From NCBI GenBank assembly GCA_013265495.1, contig MU058213.1, positions 2,232,001-2,296,000 on the forward strand: a DNA stretch of 64,000 nucleotides, given 5' to 3'. This stretch comes from Vicugna vicugna. Taxonomy: Eukaryota. Position numbers and translations under genes: made by a program. The notes under the pieces are model-generated. The model was not told where the DNA came from and did no database searches. It saw only the letters and a list, made by a program, of their open reading frames with translations. Within the stretch, counting starts at the first letter, position 1. Each line of letters begins with the position of its first letter. Below, piece by piece: positions 12,811 to 25,609 of this stretch.

Positions 12811-14898
12811 TAAAAGTGCAACTACCATTGAAGTGAGAAAGTTGCAAAATGATGTGAATGCTGCAAAGGGTAGCAGGACTCAGAGTAGCTGGAGACAGTG
12901 ATGTTAAACCGGGGGCGGCTGTTTCTCATTTAAGAAACATTCCAGGCTTTGAAATGCTGTTTTAACTGGAAAGTGCAGAAAGTACCTAGGACAGGTCTCC
13001 TCTTAATGCTAGGTCCTTCGGTAGCCCAAACAATATAAAATAAATCATATTTAGTCTTCACACAAGGCTCAATTTCTTGGCACCTGGGCCCTTCCAGTGG
13101 GCAGAGTGACTTGCTTCTGGTGAACTAAGTAAAGGCAGAAAGTTCATTAGCTTATTCTTATAAGATTCTTCTTATTCGACCTAAGACCTTTCAGCTGAGT
13201 CATTGGCAGTTTTCCAAGATGCAGTAAAATTTTAAAAATCACTTGTTAAAATCAACATGGCTTTGAATTAATATTATATTCCATTTACAAATGTGGCTAG
13301 CTACACAATTTTAAACTTTTAAATGGCATTCATACATTAAAATATTCAATTTCCTTTCTGAGCACTTTGATAAACAGAAACTTCCCAAGTAATTAAGTGA
13401 TTTTTAGATATAGTAAATTAAACTTATAAATGACTATCAAGTTCTCTTAAACATTCCAACACTATGTAGAACTTGACTAAATTATCTTTGAATAATGAAG
13501 ATCACAATTCTAAAATCAAGTAACTATGTTTAAATTTAGAATCCTGCGGCTTAAAAGTTAGCTTAATAAATTAAATTGGCTTTAATACTGTATTTCTAAT
13601 ACTTTATTAAATATAGACAGATTGGTTCCCTTTTTTACAGAAACGAGTTTCCTAAACATACAGTTGTTTTTCGATTATGAGTCTGATTTATCATCTTCAT
13701 GCTGAATTCTAAACATTCCTGTTTAAGGCCAGTTAAGGTTATAAGTCAGTGAGCAATTTGCGAACTAGATGCAGTATTTGCTCTCCCTGTGTCACTTACC
13801 TACAAATTGACCTGCTTTTTATAGTTGCTATAACAACAAGGACTTCATGTCCTTTACAGGACATTGTCCTCTCCTGGGTTCAGACTCTGGTTACGTAACA
13901 TTTCTGTCCACTCTCATTAAGATTGTAATTCTCTTCACGGCTTGCTTAGGTTTTGCACTTATTTGACTGTCTTAATGCGTTTTAATGTTTTCCCATCTGG
14001 CTCAAAACATATTTTCTTTCTATGCCATCGGATAACACACATACACATAATAATTTTGAAATCTCATTTAACTCTGTTGTCTGATTTAGGTTGTTGAAAT
14101 TCTGTATTCTTTTCATATGGTTCCTGACCGGCAGAGCCATGATGGGATAGCATGACATGGGACTGGTTACTTTGTATCCTTCAGATCCTTGGCTCCACAG
14201 ACATGACACTGAAGTCAGGCTAGTGACAGTGAGGAAAATCACCACCACCCAGAAGCCCTCCACAGACGTGGCTACTGCTGACTTTGAGTGTAGGGACTTC
14301 CAATGCCCCCAAGGTTAAAGCGTTCCCAGAGCTCAGTTCTCGGGCTCTCTTTTTCCACTTACATTTGCTTTCTGAGTGATCTCATTCAGTCCAATGATTT
14401 TAAATGCCACGTACATGCTGATGACAGCCACTTTTAGCTCTCCTAACACAGACCTATTTCCCAAACGCTAGACTGTTAGATCCAACTATTTACTTGGCGA
14501 CTTCACTTAGATGTCCAGAATCTGGCTTCCTCTCACATGTCCACCACCTCCCATCCTTGCCCCCACCACGTGCTTTCATCGTCTCTGCCCTGGGTTAGTG
14601 CAGTGGCTTTCAAACTAACATGCCTCCTTTTGCCCCTTGACCCTCACTAGTAACCAGGGTTAGTTAATGTTAAAGCATGTTACTGTATCGTCTGCTAAAA
14701 ACTGTACCAATGGCCCATCATTTTACTCCGAATAAGAGCCAGAACCCTCACGATGGTCCTGTATCAACTCTGCCCATAACCTCTACAGACTTTTTTTACC
14801 TGCCACTGAGCTCCTCGCTCACTCTGCTCCAGCCACACAGATTCTGTGTGTTCTTCCAGGTCACAAGGAACACTTTGCCTCAGGGTCTGGTGTAGGCT

Positions 14899-15499
14899 TG
14901 TCTTAGCAGACCCTCAGACAGCTGAATGCAACTAGTTGATTCTAAAAGTGATGTCAGGTTAACACTGGGTAGAAGAGAAGAAATGAGTCAAGGGCGGGAA
15001 AGAAGCCGATAAAAGATGTATTACTGCTGTGATCAAGAGGACCCAACCCCACTTAATAACCTAGGACCTGGCTACTTTAGGTATGGCCTGTGAGGCGGTA
15101 GCACTGGCATCACTGGGGAGTTTGTTGAAATGAGAACCTCAGACCCCACCCCAGACCTACTGAATCAGAATCTGCCTTTTACTGAGGGCTTCAGGTGATT
15201 CATACATCCTGGTTGATGTTTGAGAAACACTGCTCTGGGAGATCATGTTTCTGAGTTATCCCACTCTGAAGGGCAGGAGGTCTGGGGGAAGGTTTTCATC
15301 TACTCCTTGGGTGTCATTGGTTGAGTCCTGATTTCAGGGCCACTAATTTCCAGATTGCCTCACATACTGACTGAGCATGTTCCATGGCCTGAAACTAGGG
15401 GCCCTAGGAAGTGAGTCACAGGTATTTGCAGTAAACTGTCTCCAGGGGTGCAGAGCCCACACCCAGCCTTGGGGTGGGGTACCAACAGCATCTGATACC
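14899..15499 (-). mobile_element. ERVL solo LTR (LTR33-like)
   Basis: Begins tgtcttag; ends ggtaccaacagcatctgatac, the reverse complement of the LTR33-type start TGTAGCAGATGCTGTTGGTGCC. Confidence 0.7.
15067..15232. mobile_element. MER5A hAT-Charlie MITE nested in the LTR
   Basis: ggcatcactggggagtttgttgaaatg..ccccacccagacctactgaatcagaatctgc..tttgagaaacactg. Confidence 0.85.
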
Positions 15500-15829
15500 C
15501 AGCCTTCACTCCAGCTGTTCTTTCCACCTGAAGTGCTCTCCCCTCAGGTATCCACATGGCTAAATCCTCCACTCCTCTAAGTCTTGCTCAGAATCTTCCT
15601 GTCTCAGTGAGGCTTTCCTCCCTTCAATTTTGCAACATGCATGTACCAACCCAGGATTCCCAGTTCCCATCATCCTGCTTTCTCCTGTCCTTTTTCAGTT
15701 GTACACATTCAAATTCACTTCATAATTCATTTACTTACGTTCATTGTTTCCCTGTTCCACTGGAAAGTTAGCACTATCACTGCAGGAAATGTTGTTTTGC
15801 TTACTTATTTGAATAAATAAATATCTGTA

Positions 15830-16700
15830 TCTTTAAATGTAAGTAAGATAGTAGTATACATAAAATTTTGTCTCCTGCATTTTGCTTAACATTATTATCA
15901 TAAATATTTCCCATATTATAAAACTCTTAATAAATGTCATTTTTATTGGCTGTCAAATATTCCATTGTCTCCATAAATTACAATTAAACATTTTTATAAC
16001 ATTTGGCATTTGTTTCCTACTTTCTTTTGGCAGTTAGAAATAGTGCTGGCATGAGCTTCTCTGTGTATCATCTGTTTCATTTTAGATACTATTTCTTTAG
16101 AATGGATTCCTAGAAGTCAAATACTGAGGTGAGGGCTAAAAATTGCAGTCAAGACTCATGATATACACATATAAATTTGTCTTTCAGAAATTTTGTCCCT
16201 GAATGCCTCTAATCAGCAATGAATGAATATGCCTGACTCACCACATCCTTTCCACCAACCTGAGGCAGGATAGCACAGTGGTTAAGAGCATGTATCTGGA
16301 GACAGACTGGCTTGGATTCAATACCAGTCCCCTGACTTATGAGTTGTGTGACTTTGGACAAGTTATTTCACTTACCTGTGCCTCACTTTTTTAACTGTTA
16401 AATGGAAATGATGAAAATAATATTGCTAACCTGGCAGGGTTGTTGTGAGGATTAAATTACTACAGGTAAAACACTTAGATGAGTGACTTAGACATGATAA
16501 GCACATGGAACTGTTAGCTATTATTGAAGTGAGACCTTTTCAAATTGATAAAGGAGTAAATGGTGCTTTGCGTATGCCTTAATTGCATTTTGAAATTGCA
16601 TCTTGAAGTTGGAAATTTCTCTTTACATTTGGCATTAATATAGTCTCTTTTGAGAGTGTTATGTTCTCTTAATGTTTTCTTATTGGTTTACATAGTAAGG
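15830..16700 (-). mobile_element. Old L1 (L1ME-like) 3' fragment interrupted by MIR
   Basis: ttttattggctgtcaaatattccattgt..atttctttagaatggattcctagaagt..ttaattgcattt. Confidence 0.65.
16262..16525 (+). mobile_element. Full-length MIR SINE
   Basis: gaggcaggatagcacagtggttaagagcat..tgtgtgactttggacaagttatttcac..gggttgttgtgaggattaaa..tgttagctattatt. Confidence 0.92.
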
Positions 16701-18943
16701 ATTTTGATCTCAAGTTTGGAGGGGTGAATATTTTTCTGACTAAATATTTGCTGTTTAATCCTTTATCTTTGATATCCATAAATCATGTGTATTATGAAAT
16801 ATTTTCATATTTTAAGTTTAGATTTTCCTCATTCAGAAATCAGAGAGAGGTTTATCTGTATTTTAGATTTTATTTTTATTGTTATCTGTTGACTTTTTGC
16901 TTCTTTTATCTCCCTAAAAAGCATGTTAGTGTTTTTTAGGAGCTAAGTGCTAACTTGGCTTTTATTTCCAAATTAGCCTATCATTTTTGAGAAAATTTGA
17001 ATAAGAACGAAGAAGAAATTAAACACATTCTCTTATTCAGGGACCAGAAGCTGTGATGACAGACTTTCATAAGAGAGCTCTTTGTCAACATTTTCACAAG
17101 AGCCCCGAAAGGCTCCTTGGAGCTGCGGTATAAACTCCCCATGATATTTCTAATTCTCAAGGGCATTGACTTGAACGCTGTCATAGTTGAGCTGAGACAG
17201 TGGTGCCCAGAGAGTTCTAACCTGGGGAAAGATTTTGAGGGAATATGGAATAAGTGTTCTCAAACGCACAGAAAACATCTGGCATCATATACATAATTTG
17301 ATGTCATCTGTCAAAGAGGCTGTTGCTGGGCGCACTTCTGGGCAATGGAACATTTCTAGTACTTCATCCCCACGGAAGCTTGTCTGTCCTGGGAGTGGAG
17401 TGCTGTCAGTGCTGAAGAGGCTTATGTGGTAAGATTTATGAAGATGGTAGTATTTCCAGACCTGGTCTTTTACGTCTCAGTTTAGCATGATGCAGTGGGG
17501 CTTGGCATTATAATCACAATACTACAGCATCAGTCTCAGTATCAGTTAGATCCAAATGATTGTCAGAACATTTTTTCTTATTTTCCAAAAGTTTTATTTT
17601 TTACATAGTCAAATAAAAATGCACTGGAACTTGGCGTTGATAAATGTGAACTTATCACTGAAAATGCATGTGGGCAGTTATAACTGTAATGGTGTTTTTG
17701 TTTGTTTGTTTGTTTTACCAGTAATATATGAACATGCCTGTTTTATCAGAGCCTCACTGACGTGTGCTGTCAAATTTATATTATTGCTAATCAATAGCTA
17801 TGCCATATTTCAATGTAATTTTAATTTGTTTTTCTCTTATTATGAATGAAATCAAGCATCTCTTTTTCCACAGTTTTTTTATGTCTGTTTTTGCGTAAGC
17901 TGCCTTTATTATCATACTTTTTTTGTTCATTATTCTAATGTTTTCCTTCAACCTTTAAAGTATTTTTATATTGATTGTTATTCTTTTCACTGTGATTATG
18001 TTGCAAATATTTTCTTCTAGTTTTGCTTTTGTCTTTATTTTGCTTATTGAGAATTTTTGCCATATCAAAATTTCTTATTAATGTTGTCACATTTATCAAT
18101 CTTTTATTACATCTGGATTTTGGTCATAGTTAGAAAGGTTTTCCTCAGGTCCAGGTTCTAAAGAAATGGGCCAATTCCTTCTAGTAATTTTATGGTTTTA
18201 GGTATTTCACTTGTATCCTTGATTCATTTGAAGTTTGTTCTAGCGTAGGTGTAAGGAATAAATCTAATTTCATCTTTTTTCAAATCACTATCCAGTATCC
18301 CAATACTAAGTATTTAAAAGTCTATTTTTTAACCTAGTGGTTTGAATTGACAGCTTTATAACACAGACATACCTCAGAGATATTGTAGGTTTGTTTCCAG
18401 ACCGATAAAGTAAATATCACAATAGAGTGAGTCACACAAATTTTTTGTTTCCCAGTGCATATAAAAGTTATATTTATGCTATACTGTAGTCTATTAAGTG
18501 TGCAGTAGCGTTGTGTCTAAAAAATGTACATACCTTAATTTAAAAATACATTATTGATAAAATGTGCTAACCATCTGAGCCTTCACAGAGGTAATCTTTT
18601 TGCTGGTGGAGGGTTTGCCTCCGTGTTGATGGCTGCTGACCGATCAGGGCGGTGGTTGCTGCAGGTTGGTGCAGCTGTGGCAATTTCTTAAAATATGACA
18701 ATGAAGTTTGCCATGTTTGTTGACTCCATGTCTTTTGTAAATGATTTCTCTGTATTATGCAGAGCTGTTTGATAGCATTTTAGCCACAGTGGAACTTCTT
18801 TCAAAATTGGAGTCAATCTTCTATAACTCTGTCACTGCTTCATCAGCTAACTTTATGTAATATCCTAAATCCTTTGCTGTCATTTCGATAATCTTCACAG
18901 CATCTGTACTAGGAGTAGATTCCATCTTAGGAAACCACTTTCT

Positions 18944-19937
18944 TTACTCATCCACAAGAAACAAGTTCTCATCAGTCCAAGTTTTCTCATGAGATTGCAA
19001 CAATTTGATCACATCTTCAGGCTCCACTTGTAATGTTGGTTCTTTTTCTGTTTTCACCACATTTGCAGTTACTTCCTCCACTGAAGTCTTGAACCCCTCA
19101 AAATCATCCAAGAGGGTTGGGATCAACTTCTTCCAAACTCCCGTTAATGTAAAATAATTTGACCTCTTCCCATGAATCTCAGATGTTCTTAATGGCATCT
19201 GGAATGGTGAATTCTTTCCAGAAGGTTTTCAATTTACTTTGTTCAGATCCATCAGAGAAATCACTCTCTATGGCAGCTATAGCCTTACAAAATGTATTTT
19301 GTAAAGAATAAAGACTTGAAAATTGTAATTAGTCCTTGATCTTTGAGCTGCAGTGTGGATGCTGTGTCAGCAGGCATGAAAACATTAATGTCATTGTACA
19401 TCTCTATCAGAGTTCTTGGGTGACCAGATACATTGTCAACGAGCAGTAATATTTTGAAAGGAATCTTTTTTTCCAAGCAATAGGTCTCAACAGTGGACTT
19501 CAAATATCCAGTAAACCATGGTGTTAACAGATGTGCTGTCATCCAGGCTTTGTTGTTCCATGTATACAGCACAGGCAGAGTAGATTTCACATAATACTTA
19601 AGGGTCCTAGGATTTGGGGAATGGTAAATGAGCACTGGCTTCAACTTCAAGTCACCAACTGCATTAGCCCCTAACAAGAGAGTCAGCCTGCCCTTCGAAT
19701 CTTTGAAGCCAGGCATTCACTTCTCCTCTCCAGCTATAAAAGTTCCAGAGGACATCTTCTTCCAACATAAAGCTGTTCTGTTTTATCTACGTTGAAAGTC
19801 TGTTGCTTAGTGTTGCCACCTTCATGAGTGATCTTAGCTGGATCTTCTGGATAACTTGCTGCAGCCTCTACATCAGCACTTGCTGCTTCACCTTGCACTT
19901 TGGTGTTATGGAGACGGCTCCTTTCCTTAAGCCTCAT
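18944..19937 (-). pseudogene. Disrupted Tigger1 pogo-family DDE transposase (three ORF fragments)
   Basis: [67 protein letters not shown]; ..[20 protein letters not shown]..; stops and frameshifts between pieces. Confidence 0.92.
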
Positions 19938-20447
19938 GAACCAACCTCTGCTAGCTTCAGATTTTTCTTCTGCAGTTTGTCACCTTTCTCAGCCTTGAAG
20001 AGAGTTAGGACGTTGCTCTGGATTAGTCTTTGGCTGAAGCAAATGTTGTGGCTGGTTTGATCTATCCAGACCACCGAAATTTTCTTCGTAGCAGCTGTAA
20101 GTCTGTTTTACTTTCTTATCATTCATGTGTTCATTGAAGTAGTATTTTCAGTTTCATTTAAGAGCTTTTCCTTTGCATTCCCGACATGGCTAACTGGTGC
20201 AAGAGGCCTAGCTTTTGACCTGTCTTGTCTTTAAGCAAGCCTTCTTACTAAGCTTAATCTTTCTAGCTTTTGATTTAAAGTGAGAGACCTGCAAGTCTTC
20301 ATTTCACTTAAACACTTAGAGGCCATTGTAAGATGTATTAATTGGTGTAATTTCAGTATTGCTGTGTCTCAGGGAACAGGGTGGCCCGAGAAGAGAGAGA
20401 GATAGGAGAACGGCTGGTCAGTGGAGCAGTCAGAACACACACCAGCA

Positions 20448-20680
20448 TTTTTTTTTTTTATTGAAGTATAGTCAGTTTACAGTGTTGTGTCAGTTTCTGG
20501 TGTACAGCATAATGTTTCATTCATACGCATACATACATAGATTATTTTCATATTCTTTTTCATTATAGGTTACTCTAAGGTATTGAATATAGTTCCCCGT
20601 GCTATATAGAAGTAACGTGTTTATCTATTTTATACACAGTAGTTAGTATCTGCAAATCTCAAACTCCCAATTTATTCCTT
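20448..20680 (-). mobile_element. Short young L1 3' end inserted in Tigger1
   Basis: Poly(T) then ttgaagtatagtcagtttac..; TSD agaacacacaccagcattt (20432-20450) vs agaacacacacaacattt (20681-20698); same 3' type as 6631-7243. Confidence 0.93.
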
Positions 20681-21006
20681 AGAACACACACAACATTTAT
20701 CACTGAGTTGACCACCTTAAATGGGCATGGTTTGTGGCTCCCCCAAAACAATTACAAGAGTAACACCAAAGATCACTGATCATAGATCACCATAGCAAAT
20801 GTAACAATTGTGAAAAAGTTTGAAATGTTTTGAGATTTACCGAAACGTGACATGAGTCATGAAGTGAGCCATTGCCACTGGAAAAATGGCCCTGATAGAC
20901 TTGCTTAACTCAATGTTGCCCCAAACCTTTAATTTGTAAGAAATGCAATACCTATGAAGTGCAATAAAGCGAAGCATAATAAAATGAGGTGTCCCTGGGG
21001 ACTATA

Positions 21007-21498
21007 CCGGTGTTCCCCGATTTAGGGCGGTTCCACCTAAGGTTTTTCAACTTTACAATGATTTGAAAGCGATACACATTTTGTAGAAACTGCTCTTTGA
21101 ATTTTGACTTTCGATCTTTTCTTGGGCCAGCAGTATGCGAAACTCCCTCATGATGCTGGGCAGCTCCCAGTCAGCCATGTGATGGTGAGGGTGAATAACC
21201 AATATGCTTACAACAGTTCTGTCCCCACACAACCATTCTGTTTTTCGCCTTGAATATAGTATTCAATACTTTACATGAGATATTCAACACTTTAGCATAA
21301 GAGAGGTTTTGTGTTAAATGGTTTTGCCCAATTCTAGGCTAATGTAAATGTTCAGAGCAAGTTAAATGTAGGTAGACTAAGTCATGATGTTCAGTAGGTT
21401 GGGTGTATTAAATGAATTTTTGACTTAGAGATATTTTTAATTTACCAAAGAGTTACCAGGATCAATCATCCTATCACTGAGGGATTGAGGAAGATCTG
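21007..21498 (-). mobile_element. Tigger3/Golem-type non-autonomous DNA transposon
   Basis: TA at both flanks (21005-6, 21499-500); acatgagatattcaacactttag..gtaggttgggtgtattaaatgaattttt..gaggaagatctg. Confidence 0.85.
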
Positions 21499-21774
21499 TA
21501 CTACATTTTTATATGTGCTTGGACTTTTTTTCCCTGAACTTGCCATTTTTTTCCCCACTGCTTCATCTCTCTATTCATGGTTTATAGTGGCCTTTTGTAA
21601 CATAGGCTTTGATATATATTTCAGTATTTGGAAAATCCTACTGTTGAGCAGATAGCAGCATACTCCATGGTTTTTCCTTTTTTTGGCTTTCTATTCTGTT
21701 TTTTCTTTTCACAATAACTTTAAATCCAGCTTGTTGACCTCAAAAATTTTTTTTGATATATTCATGGAGATTGA

Positions 21775-21808
21775 TATATGTATATATACACACACACACA
21801 CACACACA
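21775..21808. repeat. (TA)n(CA)10 microsatellite
   Basis: Read directly. Confidence 0.9.
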
Positions 21809-24006
21809 TTTGTATATATGTAAAGCTATAATATAAATTCAGTGATAAATGATAAATGACATGCTTATGGTGTTGAGATAGATTATCCAAGGAGAAGGGA
21901 TTCCATTGTTTGTCAAACTCTACCTTAAGTTTTAGTATTTAACTCCTTAGATGCTGCAGTTCATTTTATGGGTCCTTTCACTGGTTAGATTGTGCAGGTT
22001 GGGTTTCATCACTGCCCTCCCTCCCCTTTATTCTTCTTAGGTTTGCTTTCATTTACCATCTAGATCAGTGTCTTCCATATAATTGTTTATTTGATTTTAT
22101 AGTTACCCAGTGATAGAAATAGGATGCTCAGTGAAGTGGTTACTGTCCAAATAAAACGATATAGAAAAAGAACAATAGAAATCCAGTTGACTCTTAAACT
22201 CTGTCATCCTTAACCTAGACTATATTCTAGGAAAGTCAGACTGATTGGTACAAAAATGCAAATACAAACTCCACGATGAACAGTTAGCTCAAGTGTCATG
22301 TTTTTAATGAAGCTTTCTGGGGCATGTTCTTCCCTGCCCACCTATGGTTTGACAGCTCTATTCTCTGCACCTCCATGTACCCTAAAGATACTTCCATCAG
22401 AGTATCCAGCCATTGTTTTCTCTTATCAGTCTCTCCCTCTCAGGCTGTGGGCTCCAGGATGTCAATGACAATGACTGATTTGTCTTTGCATTTTCCCATT
22501 ACAATGCTTGTTTTAGGGCTGCATCGTGTTACATATGAACTGCATCATTTGGTTCAATCAGAATTCTGTGGATAGATTTAAATGTTATGAATCTAAGACT
22601 TTGTATTTTAAAAGTTCTTATACTTTTCCGGAATCAAGAAACTGGGATCACTAAACTGGATATTCAGCATCATTCATTCTTTATAATTTAAATATGAACA
22701 TGTGATCCAAATTAGACAGACTTTCTTCACTCCTTAATAACTTTCCATTTTCTGTCAATTCTGCAAGGTACTAAGTCAACTGTTCTCAATTATAAAGGCA
22801 TTTCACAATAGCAATTATTTACCTGAAATGTATATTTTCCTTCCATCCCCTGCCATTTGGATGAGAACCCAAATGAGATTTTCCCCAAGATTTTTTTTTT
22901 CTGATTGTTATTTTCCCTTATTGGTTCTTGATGAATACTAGGCATAAACTCAGTTGACTTTTGCTTAGTTGATTTTTATTTTTCTTTAATGCTCACAATG
23001 TCTGCTGCCCAGCGAGATGGATCGTCTATTGCCATGTCTGAACCAAGGGTGTCCTGCATCATTTGATCACAGTTGCTAGATTGTTTTATTTATATTCTTA
23101 TTGTATAATTATAGTCTACAGATAGACAGGGTGTATTTTAGGAGTTGAATTTGGTTATGCTACAAATTCCATTATAAAAATCACTTTTTGTCTACAAAGA
23201 CAAAATGATTTGATTAAGTTCATTAAAATGTGATACCATGTAATTAATTTATTATAACAAAATACTCACACCTCACTTGTAAATTGGTTGAAACAACTCA
23301 TTGGTAGTATGTGAACAAAATACAAATGGAGAAATTGCATTTTTATGTATTTGGGTTTCCTTGAACACTAAGTTAGCTGTTTGGGAGTTGGCTCTTGCTG
23401 GCTTGGTTGTTATATTTTGTCCTATCTTCTCTTCTATAATTTCTCTAGTAAAATTATACAAAACTAACTATTTGGTTATACTTTGGTTAGTTTACCTTGG
23501 GGAAATATATCTCTTGAGATTTTAAAAAAATTTCTTCTTTTGATTTGTACTGCTATAAACACACAAGTAAGTACTATTGTACTGGTGACAAAGATTTGCT
23601 GAATGCTTCAAGCTGATCTACTGAGGGATTTTATCTGTAACCATGTCTAGACAAAATGCAAATGTGGATATTTGATTTTGTTTTCCTACTGTCAGTATGC
23701 ATTTGGAAAGTTCTGAACACACTTCTCTGAGTTGTTTTAGAGAACTGATATTTCTGGCTTTCTCATATCTTTGCATAGGTGGTCTTTGACTTTGGGGAAT
23801 AAATTTATTCCTACATACATTGTCTAGGAAAATGTTAATAGAGTCAATCAAATAACAGGAAGGAACAGAGTTAAGGTGACACGAATACAAACTGAAAAGT
23901 CATGAAACTGCAGTATCTGTTTTGCTCCCAATGGGTACAACTTATAAGTGACAACAGGGAATTTTAGGACAACTGAGTGATGGAAGAGGGAAAATTTCCA
24001 AAATAA

Positions 24007-24421
24007 CTACAGGAAGGTCGTGGGTGTTCTCCCCACATCCAGTGGATACCCTCCACCAGCATCTTGGATCTCTGTATGATTTCTTTGACTGCAGGAGCAT
24101 GCACGAGCCACCTGGGGACAGGGAGTCCACATCTTAGAGCAGTCCTTAACTAACGACTAGAGGGAGTCGGTAGCTATAGCCCCCAGATTCCTTGCACTTA
24201 CGTGGGGCAACTCTGAGGCGTGTTCTATACCATCTTCTAGAATGCCCAGCAGGAATAAGCCCCAGTTCCCTTTGGGGCTAACTTTCCTCTCTTGACTCTC
24301 TGCCTTTTCCCTTCTCACTTGCCATTCCTCTGCCCTTGCTTGTTGGCATTGCCCCCCAAGGAAACTACTTGCACTTACATCCTACTCCAGGGTCTCATTC
24401 TGGGAGAACCCAGTCTAAGAT
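24007..24421 (+). mobile_element. ERVL solo LTR (LTR16A-like)
   Basis: ggggcaactctgaggcgtgttctat..aagccccagtt..aaactacttgcactta..ttctgggagaacccagtctaaga. Confidence 0.75.
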
Positions 24422-25429
24422 GGGGACCGATGGCTGTCCTCCCTTAGAACTCAGGTTCTGGAAGAAATATAGACTCTACTCAGGACACTTTGGTTGCATA
24501 AACAGAAGAAACATTTTCTTTTTGCTCTTGCAAGCTTGCCTACCTTGTGCCCTGGGTTAGTTTTTTCCACTAATTAATTGGACTACTTCCCGTTTCTCTT
24601 AATACCAGATTTCTCTCTGTTAAAGTTGGGTTGGAGCACAAAGACCAGCCTAAAGCCTTCTGAGGAAGAATGCAACCCCTGTGTCCAAGTCCAGATCTTG
24701 GAATCTTACCTCTGTTGTCAGCAAAATGGTACAGGCATGCTTAAGTGGGAGAGAACAAAGCGAACATTAGAGTGAAGAGTGGAGGGTATGAGTGCCCCAG
24801 CATGGGGATGAGAGAATGTAGATGGGAAAACTCATTCCACAAAATCTTTTCCTGCACAACGGCCCTGCTCAGCATAAATGCAGCCCCATTAAGGTTCTAG
24901 AATGGAGGAGGAAGCATCACGGAGGAAGGAAGGAGAAGAGCGTGGGAGGTGCATGAGGCAGAGACCTCCTTACCCTTCTCTCTTACCACAGGTGTGTCAG
25001 TCCAGTCAGGGTCACTGATGTTTATAAATATTAAAACTACATCTCACAATTTAGGCCTCCTATATTGTACACCAGCAACTTGATTCTTAGTTTATGCCAA
25101 GATGGAAGATAAGTCAAGGTGACTCCAGACTTCTTTTCACAGTTCCCAGTCTCTGTGTTAGTCTCCTAACAACTTAGAGGTGACAGTTTCCCATAGAAGG
25201 TGATCCCAGCAGCACATCCTAAACTGACATGACTTTTCACTCCCGCCTCAAACTTCCTCTACCCCATTTTCCTTCCCCGGCTTTCCACAAAGCTCAGCCT
25301 CCCGGGAAAGCAACCTGTCATTGCTACTACACGAGCCATGCTCTCTCACGCCTCTGTGGTGTTGACTGTGCCCTTCTTCCCTTTGGACTGTTCTTTCTGT
25401 CCCATATGGAGAGGAAGTTCAGGATAAAG

Positions 25430-25609
25430 CGGTGGTTCTTAACATGTTTCCCTGGACCAGTAGCAGAAGCATCACCAGGGAGCTTGTTAGAAGTACAAAG
25501 CTTTGGCCCTATCCAGCATATCAAGTTAGATACTCTGGAGGTGGAGCCTGGCAGTCTAGTTTCAGGAGCCCTCCAGCTGACTCTGAGCCACCATACGTTT
25601 GGAGAACTG
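25430..25609. mobile_element. MER5A MITE
   Basis: cggtggttcttaa..ggaccagtagcagaagcatcaccagggagcttgttagaagt..gtttggagaactg. Confidence 0.85.

Larger units (their letters stand above)
14330..15822 (+). mobile_element. L2 LINE 3' region split by an LTR33-like insertion
   Basis: gtgatctcattcagtcc..taaatgccac..gctgatgac; ctcactctgctccagccacac; resumes at ~15500 and ends tttgaataaataaat. Confidence 0.8.
18364..20997 (-). mobile_element. Full-length Tigger1 (TcMar-Tigger/pogo) DNA transposon, decayed
   Basis: Both termini present (cagacatacctcagagatattg.. and ..aataaaatgaggtgtccctg); about 2.4 kb after removing the nested L1; transposase ORF remnants. Confidence 0.96.
17700..21950 (-). mobile_element. 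Old L1 (L1ME-like) ORF2 fragment hosting the two Tigger elements
   Basis: L1 antisense text 17700-18363 (ttgcaaatattttcttctagttt..gattcatttgaagttt..tccagtatcccaatac) continues after 21500. Confidence 0.65.

Noticed and set aside
17054..17196. GTGATGA..CTGA resembling a box C/D snoRNA, with a small GAAA hairpin near 17101-17116
   Set aside because: Longer than typical, with no convincing terminal stem or recognisable guide sequence.
19285..19716. Possible domesticated TIGD/CENP-B-like gene
   Set aside because: Lies inside a TIR-bounded Tigger1 whose reading frame is broken into several pieces with degenerate catalytic-motif contexts.
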